Of a stretch of DNA of 64,000 nucleotides, positions 18,709 to 26,134 are shown one piece after another. Position numbers and translations under genes: made by a program. The notes under the pieces were generated by a model. That model made no database searches and was not told the DNA's origin. It saw only the letters and a list, made by a program, of their open reading frames with translations. Numbering within the stretch: position 1 is the first letter of the stretch; every line of letters begins with the position of its first letter. Origin of the DNA: a virus; the IMG/VR virus record IMGVR_UViG_3300045988_129435; one strand, written 5' to 3'.

Positions 18709-19206
18709 ATGAAGAAGAATATTTTATTATTACTGGCGGTGTTTATTTATTCAATAATGGGATTTGCTCAAGAAAAGAAAGAAGTTATCATTAAAGCTGG
18801 TACTGTTGTTCCTTTGGAAGCCATAAGTAATGTTAGAGCCTCTCAAGTACATGAAGGGCAGAATATCGATTTTAAAGTTTCTAGGGATGTTATTGTAGAT
18901 AAAATAGTAGCTATTCCTGCTGGAACTATAGCTAAGGGAATAGTATATGAAGCAAAAAGATCGTCATGGTTTGGAACTAAAGGAAGATTAGGTATTAAAC
19001 TACGTTATTTAACTCTTTCATCCGGAGATAATGTAAACTTCTCATCTTCTGAAGTTTATATTACTGGGAAAAATCGTACTCCTCTATCAGTAGTAATCTT
19101 TTGTTTCACATGTCTTCCTCTTCCTTGTGGATCTAAAGCTGAAATGAAAATTGGTTATGAGTTTGATGCATCAGTAGCTAACAATACTACAATAACTTTA
19201 GAGTAA
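18709..19206 (+). CDS. secreted or membrane-associated protein with signal peptide
   Basis: MKKNILLLLAVFIYSIMGFAQ signal sequence, beta-rich body, hydrophobic Cys-containing segment near the C-terminus; 20 nt after the nuclease-like gene. Confidence 0.55.
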   Translation: MKKNILLLLAVFIYSIMGFAQEKKEVIIKAGTVVPLEAISNVRASQVHEGQNIDFKVSRDVIVDKIVAIPAGTIAKGIVYEAKRSSWFGTKGRLGIKLRYLTLSSGDNVNFSSSEVYITGKNRTPLSVVIFCFTCLPLPCGSKAEMKIGYEFDASVANNTTITLE

Positions 19207-19237
19207 TTATTAAAAAATTGTTCAGTTTTACCTATAA

Positions 19238-19275
19238 ATCACGAGGATTTTTGTATAACCCCCGTGATTTTTTTA
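19238..19275. terminator. bidirectional hairpin terminator
   Basis: ATCACGAGG-loop-CCCCGTGAT followed by TTTTTT, lying between convergent genes. Confidence 0.6.
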
Positions 19276-19309
19276 TCCCTAATTTTTAAAATTGTTCTAT
19301 TCTTCGTAT

Positions 19310-20026
19310 TTAATCCCATTTCATAGCTTTTATCTTTGCCATGTTTTTCGGATCGTCCGCATTTACAAATGTCCTGTCATTGGAAATACGGGCTTCTTTC
19401 TTTTCTTCATCGGTAAGATATACTGAAGTAATAGTATCTGCCATCAACATTTGAAGAAATGAAAAACTAATTTCCCACACAATCTGCTGTGGAGTCATGT
19501 TGAGCTTTTCACATGCTGGTAATATCAAAGAACCAAATACGCTTTTACCGCCAAAAGTGATAGAATTACCTTTTTTGTTTTTTATCATTGAGACTTTAGC
19601 TAGTTCTTTGCGTTCCCGGTCAATCCCAAAATATTTGATAAACTCATCGGTATTATCTTTAGTAAGCACTATAACAAGAAGCTGAGACATTTCTTCATTT
19701 GAAAGATTGTTTCTCAAAAACTGGCATCTACTATTTACAATTCTGCTATTAAATAGTTCTTCTTTCTTGTTGAGCGTATGATATGATAGTAGCTGGCAAA
19801 CAATATCTTTTTTTTCTTGGCATAATCTTAAAGCCTCCATGTATGGGTTTGATTTTATAATATCAGCATTCATATCAAGGCTTTCAATAAGTCTTGAGAG
19901 TAGATACGTTTTGCCTAACGTTATTGGATATAGATAAAAATGTCGCTTATTAACCTGAAAGCCGTATGGCCTTTCCATTATGGTATCAGCAATATTCATT
20001 TCTATTATTTTTCGATCTTCAATCAT
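19310..20026 (-). CDS. putative tail assembly chaperone
   Basis: 238 aa, located between the tail tube and tape measure genes; no recognisable motif. Confidence 0.35.
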   Translation of the reverse strand: MIEDRKIIEMNIADTIMERPYGFQVNKRHFYLYPITLGKTYLLSRLIESLDMNADIIKSNPYMEALRLCQEKKDIVCQLLSYHTLNKKEELFNSRIVNSRCQFLRNNLSNEEMSQLLVIVLTKDNTDEFIKYFGIDRERKELAKVSMIKNKKGNSITFGGKSVFGSLILPACEKLNMTPQQIVWEISFSFLQMLMADTITSVYLTDEEKKEARISNDRTFVNADDPKNMAKIKAMKWD

Positions 20027-20048
20027 ATACTATTACCTTTTAGAAAAC

Positions 20049-20078
20049 AAATTGGCTATCTTCACAGACCACCAATTT
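20049..20078 (-). terminator. hairpin plus U-rich tract (possible attenuator)
   Basis: Minus-strand RNA AAAUUGG-16 nt-CCAAUUU then GUUUUCU, 22 nt upstream of ATG 20026. Confidence 0.4.
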
Positions 20079-20101
20079 CAGATTTGAACAAAAAGACCTA
20101 G

Positions 20102-20173
20102 AGCGGACTGATGGACCTGCACCATCCCCTTCACTCTGGTAGAGCGACGCACGCCTGTGTGTGCTTAATCCGC
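20102..20173 (-). ncRNA. tRNA-like cloverleaf, anticodon ACC, non-canonical T loop
   Basis: Hand fold: acceptor GCGGAUU/AGUCCGC; D arm GCAC-ACACAGGC-GUGC; anticodon arm UCGCU-CUACCAG-AGUGA; T arm GAUGG-UGCAGGU-CCAUC. Confidence 0.4.
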
Positions 20174-20227
20174 AAGTGTGCATCTATAAAGCAGATGCAC
20201 AAAGGTTTAAACTATATCTATTGTAAA

Positions 20228-20779
20228 TTATCCGCCTATGCCGGAATTGGGGGCGACTTCAAACTTGTCTCCATCACCGTCTTCGTCGTCCGGGTCACAC
20301 TCTATTTTTGTAATAGATGATCCTGTTGTAGGAGTAACAATAATTTTACCCCATTGAACTTGTTTCTTTTCAGCGGCATATTTTAAAGCGTCAAATGTAT
20401 ATGCCCACACACCACCATCTGCACTAGTAAACGTATCTTCAACTGACACTGTTGTCTTTTCCATACAAAATCCAGGAACTTCGGGATCTTCCGGTTGTAG
20501 TGCAACAGCATAATTGTGAGCAACTACGCCATCACTGTCGTTGATAGGTCTTTTGCGGCCTTTTGCTGCACGTATGTTGAGTACAAGGGCATAGGTGTTT
20601 TTACCATACTTGACATCTTCATTTTCTCCACCTTCAATTTTGGCTTCTTGTTTGTCGCCTTTTGTTGTTGTCAACTGTGTGGAATCTTCCACGGGTGTAG
20701 GAAGCTCTTCCCATTTGGGCGAAGAAGCATCCAAGTCTTTTACGAAAATTCGGGGTTTACCCCATCCGATTACTGCCAT
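20228..20779 (-). CDS. putative major tail (tube) protein
   Basis: 183 aa; position after the head-tail joining genes; acidic C-terminal extension. Confidence 0.5.
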   Translation of the reverse strand: MAVIGWGKPRIFVKDLDASSPKWEELPTPVEDSTQLTTTKGDKQEAKIEGGENEDVKYGKNTYALVLNIRAAKGRKRPINDSDGVVAHNYAVALQPEDPEVPGFCMEKTTVSVEDTFTSADGGVWAYTFDALKYAAEKKQVQWGKIIVTPTTGSSITKIECDPDDEDGDGDKFEVAPNSGIGG

Positions 20780-20808
20780 AGTTCTATATCACTTAATATA
20801 GTTAATAC

Positions 20809-21231
20809 TTATTCGTTATTTATCTCAATGTACAATTTGTTATTAATGAAATGTTCTGTATGTCCGTCCTCAAAAGGTGTATTTGTAGGACTGGTTTTTT
20901 GGCTACATTTTGATGGGGTTGTGTGGTATTCATCTTTTCGTATGGAGATAAGGAATTTGCATAATTCACACAGCTTACCTACGCGTAGAGTATCTTTTTC
21001 CCACGCCTTTGTTTCCGAATTCCATAAATCACGGACATACACATTGACATTAACATAAGCTCTTTGGATTTGGCCACATCCTTCATTGGCAAGTACAGAT
21101 ATAACAATATCCTCTTTGTCTGACTTGTTTGGTCTTCCTCTATCACTTAATTTGCCGGTAACATTCCTTTCAAGGTCTGTGCCCTTAATTTTGTGATAGA
21201 CAAACTTAGCTATTTCAATGTCTGATTTCAT
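20809..21231 (-). CDS. head-tail joining / tail terminator candidate
   Basis: 140 aa; ATGA overlap with the upstream gene; synteny only. Confidence 0.4.
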   Translation of the reverse strand: MKSDIEIAKFVYHKIKGTDLERNVTGKLSDRGRPNKSDKEDIVISVLANEGCGQIQRAYVNVNVYVRDLWNSETKAWEKDTLRVGKLCELCKFLISIRKDEYHTTPSKCSQKTSPTNTPFEDGHTEHFINNKLYIEINNE

Positions 21232-21692
21232 TATTTAGCAATCTGTCTTTTTAGTTTCTCAAGCATCTTGGGAACTTGGTCCATCGCCCACAATTCCGTT
21301 GATGCAAGTACGTCCTTATTATCCTTCCTTTCCACATATTCAGCATAGTTCATTCCTGCGACTATAACAAGCACATAGTCATTAGGATACCTCTTTACAA
21401 GTTCCTTGGCCAAGTTTTTACCTACACTTACGCCTTCCGAGCCTTGCTTTATCTGATTGAAGTCTGAGTATTGGATAATATTACCGTTATAAGCTATTAC
21501 ATAGCCAACTGAACTTCGCAGGTTACCGGACTGATCATACCAACTTTTATTACCTTCTCTGTCACGTACTCGTGAAACACATTGTTCCCCAAGGTAAGAC
21601 AAAGCGCGTATTGTTAGCCTTTCAACCCGATTTGCTTCTTTCATAAGAACCTTATGAATTTCATCCAGCTTGGTAGTCATTCTTATGCCCAT
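21231..21692 (-). CDS. HK97 gp10-like tail completion protein
   Basis: 153 aa; size and synteny, with an N-terminal pattern like the gp10 family. Confidence 0.45.
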   Translation of the reverse strand: MGIRMTTKLDEIHKVLMKEANRVERLTIRALSYLGEQCVSRVRDREGNKSWYDQSGNLRSSVGYVIAYNGNIIQYSDFNQIKQGSEGVSVGKNLAKELVKRYPNDYVLVIVAGMNYAEYVERKDNKDVLASTELWAMDQVPKMLEKLKRQIAK

Positions 21693-21696
21693 AATA

Positions 21697-22038
21697 CTAA
21701 ACCCAAATTTTGCACTGAAGTTGGTAACGATGGAAACCTTTTACTTCAAATTCCCTTTCAATTCCTCCGAGAAGACTTATCTTAACCCTGTCACCAATAG
21801 TAAAGGTTTGACAATTGCTTGGAAGACATACCGTATATGAATAGCTTCTTACAACACCATCCTCAAACTCTCTTTCTTCCGCCTTCCCAGAAGGCACGGC
21901 ATCACAAGGAATTGAGCCTTTCCATTCAGATGAACCTAGATGATAATCACCATTTTCATCTTCATATCCAGAACTAGATACAAGGTACTGCAAACGGTGA
22001 GGTTTTCTATTCAATACAGCCATTTCTACGACAAGCAA
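21697..22038 (-). CDS. head closure / head-tail adaptor protein
   Basis: 113 aa; synteny after the connector gene. Confidence 0.45.
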   Translation of the reverse strand: MLVVEMAVLNRKPHRLQYLVSSSGYEDENGDYHLGSSEWKGSIPCDAVPSGKAEEREFEDGVVRSYSYTVCLPSNCQTFTIGDRVKISLLGGIEREFEVKGFHRYQLQCKIWV

Positions 22039-22364
22039 TCACCTACATATACCTTTGGCTTTGGTTCCAATTCTACCGAAGGTTCACCAATGGTATCGTA
22101 GATGGAGTTAACATGCAACAGTATTAGTTTCTTATCTTTATCAGACAAAGCCCCGAAGGACTTGTCTGCTTCAGAGAAATTGATAGCCTGAACCAAAGAC
22201 CAAAGACAATCAGCTAGAGCTCCCTGATATTCGTTGGAATGAGATATGTCATAATTAAACTCATCATCGCCATTGAGATTACGTTTAATCATCACATTCT
22301 CTACAAAACCGATAGGGATCGGATAATGTATTTCGTCTATGAGGGCTTGCTGAATTGTCTTCAT
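22026..22364 (-). CDS. gp6-like head-tail connector protein
   Basis: 112 aa, immediately downstream of the capsid gene. Confidence 0.45.
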   Translation of the reverse strand: MKTIQQALIDEIHYPIPIGFVENVMIKRNLNGDDEFNYDISHSNEYQGALADCLWSLVQAINFSEADKSFGALSDKDKKLILLHVNSIYDTIGEPSVELEPKPKVYVGDCLS

Positions 22365-22367
22365 GAC

Positions 22368-23705
22368 TTACGATGCTTTATGAGATTCAACCGCCTTTTT
22401 CAATGCTTCTTCGTCTGCGTCACTCAATCTGTTGACTGCTGCGATTAGCTTATCATCGGAAACGGTGGAAGTCAGGTTCTTGCCTGCAATCTTGTTATAT
22501 TCCGTCACAAACTCCGGCTTTTTGTAAGTTGCTCCCCAAATTGTAATTTTGACATCAGTGGCATCCTTCTCTTCTTCTGTAGTGTTTACAGTTTGGGCTT
22601 CCAGTATATCCAAAGAATAGATTTGGTCTACGTTTTCGATAACCGGCAAACAAATAGCCTGTCCGTTTGTAAATTCCTGTAACGGATCTGTCTTAGAGTA
22701 ACGGCTGATCAACTTGTATTCATCAACGGTAGTATATTCCACTCCATTAACAGGATTAGTCGCTTCAGCCAAAGTTCCCCATACAAAAGAGCCTACATTA
22801 TCAGCAGAAGGGAGAAATATCAATTTATTCGCGTTCCACGGTTTATAAGATACCCTTTTACCGTTCTTTTCATAAGTTACTGAACGGTCAATCTTCAGGA
22901 ATGAGATACCGTTATATTGGTCAGAGAACGCTTCATCAAATAATGTAGAAGTAGGTACAGGCAGCTTAGTCTCATTATCAAAGGTTTGTCCTCGATAATT
23001 TGCGGCTAATTCTTTAGCCCATTGAGATTGACGCATTTTGTTATATGTAGATAAAGCCAGCATAATGACCGAAATACTGTTACCGTCATCATTAGCTTTG
23101 CTTATAACTCTCTCGATATCATCTCCTGTAACTTCCCCAGTAGTAACAACGCCAAAACTATGACTAGGTAAATAGCCGTATTTAACGCGCAAACCAAGAC
23201 CGGTGTTCTTATCATCATCATCTTCAACAACAATAACCCCATCAGAAAGCCCAGTAAGGAAATTAGCCTCATTTCTTTCGTCAATACCAACAGAACATGC
23301 GGTTCCGTCATCTGTTAAACGAGAGAAAATTCTATTTTTAAGAGATTTTTGCGCTTCTTCCGTAGTGGCATTAGATAAATGCGCTTTCATGATATTGATA
23401 GCGTTGATCTGAGTTTCTCTCAAAATTTTCTTAATACCAATTTTCGGCAATACTCCACTAGAACGAGCAATAGAGTCACGTTTCTTTGGAGACAAGGGAG
23501 AGTCCATAGCTACCATATCAGCAGCTACATATGTAGTGTTAGCAGATGTGCCTTCCCATTTTTGATCAGGAGAATATACCTTAGTAAGCATCGTTTTGTG
23601 AAGATAGGTCAAATTCTGGTTTGTTCCATTGATCTTTTCTTTCACATATAGACTCAATTTAGGCCATATTCTTCTTACAAATTCAATAAATAATGATTCA
23701 TTCAT
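22368..23705 (-). CDS. major capsid protein
   Basis: 445 aa; strong AAGGAGGTGAAAGATG start context; flanked by scaffold/decoration and connector genes. Confidence 0.7.
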   Translation of the reverse strand: MNESLFIEFVRRIWPKLSLYVKEKINGTNQNLTYLHKTMLTKVYSPDQKWEGTSANTTYVAADMVAMDSPLSPKKRDSIARSSGVLPKIGIKKILRETQINAINIMKAHLSNATTEEAQKSLKNRIFSRLTDDGTACSVGIDERNEANFLTGLSDGVIVVEDDDDKNTGLGLRVKYGYLPSHSFGVVTTGEVTGDDIERVISKANDDGNSISVIMLALSTYNKMRQSQWAKELAANYRGQTFDNETKLPVPTSTLFDEAFSDQYNGISFLKIDRSVTYEKNGKRVSYKPWNANKLIFLPSADNVGSFVWGTLAEATNPVNGVEYTTVDEYKLISRYSKTDPLQEFTNGQAICLPVIENVDQIYSLDILEAQTVNTTEEEKDATDVKITIWGATYKKPEFVTEYNKIAGKNLTSTVSDDKLIAAVNRLSDADEEALKKAVESHKAS

Positions 23706-23718
23706 CTTTCACCTCCTT

Positions 23719-24120
23719 TTAATCGTGTAAAAAAGTTAGTTGTGGCAATGCCGTTTTTAATTCAGCCTTGATGCTGTCAATAGGATAAGGACTTGCCACG
23801 TCATTCACTTCGCCAGCATACATGATACCAACGAATGGTTTGTCGGCAGGCTTGGAACAAACAACAACACCAACATATTCATGATTGCCTGGCAATGATT
23901 CGTAGGCTGTACCTGCAGAATTAACAGGCATTGGCTTATAAGTATCATTTTCTGTATCGCGGATAACGATATGTCCGGCTTTGATTACAGACTGCTTAAA
24001 TCCAGTCATGTCCAACGTCCGACCATTCATAATTCCGCCCAAATAGTTACGAATAACAATCGAATCCATTCCGGTTAGGATTGTTTCTTGTTCGTTGACT
24101 AAATCAGCTTTTGCACCCAT
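23719..24120 (-). CDS. putative capsid decoration protein
   Basis: 133 aa, between the scaffold and capsid genes. Confidence 0.4.
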   Translation of the reverse strand: MGAKADLVNEQETILTGMDSIVIRNYLGGIMNGRTLDMTGFKQSVIKAGHIVIRDTENDTYKPMPVNSAGTAYESLPGNHEYVGVVVCSKPADKPFVGIMYAGEVNDVASPYPIDSIKAELKTALPQLTFLHD

Positions 24121-24137
24121 TTTTAATTTACTTTTGA

Positions 24138-24854
24138 TTAAAGACCTTTAGCCATTGCTATGACCTCTTCATCGGTTAATACTTCATTTTCTTCTTGCTT
24201 CTTACTTCCTGCACCTGGAGGATTACCTAAACTAGAAAGCCCTGCATCGGCACGTTCTTGGTTGTAAGATTTCAAATCTTCCTCAACTTCGGAATAGAAT
24301 TCTTCAAACTCTTCATCATTTTCAAACTTCATTTTATTGAAAGATTTCAATGTACGAGTACCGAATGTGCCAGCATCTTTCAATAAGGATTCAAGTTTTT
24401 CTTTACGTGTAGTGGTAACTTTTTCACCTTTCAATGCTGCGATTTCGTCATTCAGTGTTTGTACTGTCTGAACTAAACCTTTAGCCCATTCCGGAGCATC
24501 ATCATTCTTTCCTCTGTTTTTGGGATTTTTGGTGTTTGAACCAGCTTGACGTCTTTGATTGTTCGAAGCTCCGTCGTCGTCATCGTCATCGTTGTCGTCG
24601 TCATCTGTTTCAGGGTGATTTTTCTTCCATTCATCAAGCAAGCGATTGGCTTGTGACTGGCCGAAAGGTAAGTAACGTAGTGCGGAGTCAATCTCTTTGT
24701 CAATTTCTGCATTTACGTCTTCATCTGAGGCATCATCTGCGGAAGTAAGGTTATCGGCAATCTTGGCAGCAATACCCTTTAATTCCCTTGAATTGAACCC
24801 TAACGCCTTCGCTTTAAGTTTCAATTTTACAAACACTTGTTGTTTTCTGTCCAT
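24138..24854 (-). CDS. scaffolding protein
   Basis: 238 aa, charged and helical, with acidic run DDDDNDDDDDDG; upstream of the capsid gene. Confidence 0.6.
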   Translation of the reverse strand: MDRKQQVFVKLKLKAKALGFNSRELKGIAAKIADNLTSADDASDEDVNAEIDKEIDSALRYLPFGQSQANRLLDEWKKNHPETDDDDNDDDDDDGASNNQRRQAGSNTKNPKNRGKNDDAPEWAKGLVQTVQTLNDEIAALKGEKVTTTRKEKLESLLKDAGTFGTRTLKSFNKMKFENDEEFEEFYSEVEEDLKSYNQERADAGLSSLGNPPGAGSKKQEENEVLTDEEVIAMAKGL

Positions 24855-24991
24855 TGTACAATGTTTTAGTTACTAAAAATAGCCTGCATAGCACGTATGC
24901 CAGCAGACTATTCGCTAGAACTTTACTAAACATTAGAGCAATGAGTCTTTACGACAAGTTCTGTGGCGTACGTCTTCATACGCATCTGCTA

Positions 24992-24999
24992 CAAAGGTA
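24992..24999 (-). promoter_or_regulatory. -7 box TACCTTTG
   Basis: Minus-strand TAnnTTTG 137 nt upstream of the scaffold ATG; leader hairpin 24966-24983 follows. Confidence 0.5.
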
Positions 25000-25052
25000 G
25001 TAAAAGTGACATTTAAAGAGCCATATTCAACGTTAAACTTTCATAATAAACG

Positions 25053-25087
25053 CACGGCACGAAAGTAGTCTTGTACTCCGTGCCGTG
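25053..25087 (-). terminator. 9-bp GC-rich hairpin
   Basis: CACGGCACG-17 nt-CGTGCCGTG; on the minus-strand RNA it is followed by CGUUUAUUAU. Confidence 0.5.
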
Positions 25088-25244
25088 AAACTGAATGTAG
25101 TTGTACATCAGCGGTTATTCTTTAAGATATCTATATGCTTTTAGGTATTTGTTTATTCCATTTTCTTTTTCTATCTTTGCCTCATCATCATGGAATTGGG
25201 TGGTTGTGGAGACTGCCCTTTTCTTTTTCCCATAGCTTACCTCC

Positions 25245-25529
25245 TTACTTTCTGGAAGCCTTTGCTAAATACACAACTTCCATCTGTTCACTTTCATCAA
25301 TGGTATTCACTTTCCCCTGCTTCATCCATGCTTCTATTTCAGTACGATCAAAGTACAGCTGCTTTCCATTAGGTTTATAGTGCGGTATTTGACGATTACA
25401 AGTGAGTTTATACAAGTGACTTTTACTAAGTCCGGTCAATAGTGATGTATCTTCTAATGTCAGCACATTTTTTGCCGCCAATAGGGTATAAACTAAAATC
25501 TGATTAATTTTATCTTCCATATCTTCCAT
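25245..25529 (-). CDS. excisionase/MerR-type helix-turn-helix DNA-binding protein
   Basis: LTLEDTSLLTGLSKSHLYKLTCNRQIPHYKPNGKQLYFDRTEIEAWM matches the HTH_17/excisionase-family pattern. Confidence 0.7.
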   Translation of the reverse strand: MEDMEDKINQILVYTLLAAKNVLTLEDTSLLTGLSKSHLYKLTCNRQIPHYKPNGKQLYFDRTEIEAWMKQGKVNTIDESEQMEVVYLAKASRK

Positions 25530-25737
25530 TTTTGTGACTTTGGAGCTATGTACACTTGCACTTCTGTCTGTTTAACATGGTGCAAAAATCGGAAAGGAAA
25601 GAAAGAAAAAACATTTGCTTTTATTGGGATATACATTGGGAAATATATTAGGCAATACATCAAAAAAGGTAGCCTAATCGGTTGCCTCATTAAATATATT
25701 ACCTATGTCCTTTATCCTTCAGGTGACCGTCACATTG

Positions 25738-25745
25738 CAAACTTA
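25738..25745 (-). promoter_or_regulatory. -7 box TAAGTTTG
   Basis: Minus-strand TAnnTTTG; palindrome GTGACCGTCAC (25723-25733) lies just downstream of it. Confidence 0.4.
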
Positions 25746-25777
25746 TAAATTTTATAGATGAAATCAAAGGCTAATCA

Positions 25778-26134
25778 TTATTTTTTTCTAAACGGATTGA
25801 AATCAGGGTCTTCTCCTTTTTCCGACTCGTAACCGTCTAGAATAGCATTCGTGTTGGCTTCATCCTGCCATCGTTCAAAAACCACGCGATCGGATTCATC
25901 TTGCCGTTCGCGTTCTTCGGTTGTCATGGAATCATGCTTAGTGGCGATGCGTTTATCGATTTCTGCCCATCGTTCCTTATCCTTCATAGATTCCTCATGC
26001 AGTTTAATGAAATCCTCTTCTTGCATCTCCTCAAAGTTTTCAGTTGTATTCCAGTATTCTACACCTTTGTACTGGAAATGGATAACTCTACCATTTTTAC
26101 CACTACGTTCTATAACTTTTACACCTTTTATCAT
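25778..26134 (-). CDS. hypothetical protein (118 aa, acidic)
   Basis: ORF track; ATGA overlap with the MuF gene stop. Confidence 0.5.
   Translation of the reverse strand: MIKGVKVIERSGKNGRVIHFQYKGVEYWNTTENFEEMQEEDFIKLHEESMKDKERWAEIDKRIATKHDSMTTEERERQDESDRVVFERWQDEANTNAILDGYESEKGEDPDFNPFRKK

Noticed and set aside
19571-19590. -1 programmed frameshift in the tail chaperone at the A-rich run GATAAAAAACAAAAAAGG (G/GT-type).
   Set aside because: The site is mid-gene, the zero frame continues about 85 codons further, and no extended -1 frame ORF exists on the minus strand.
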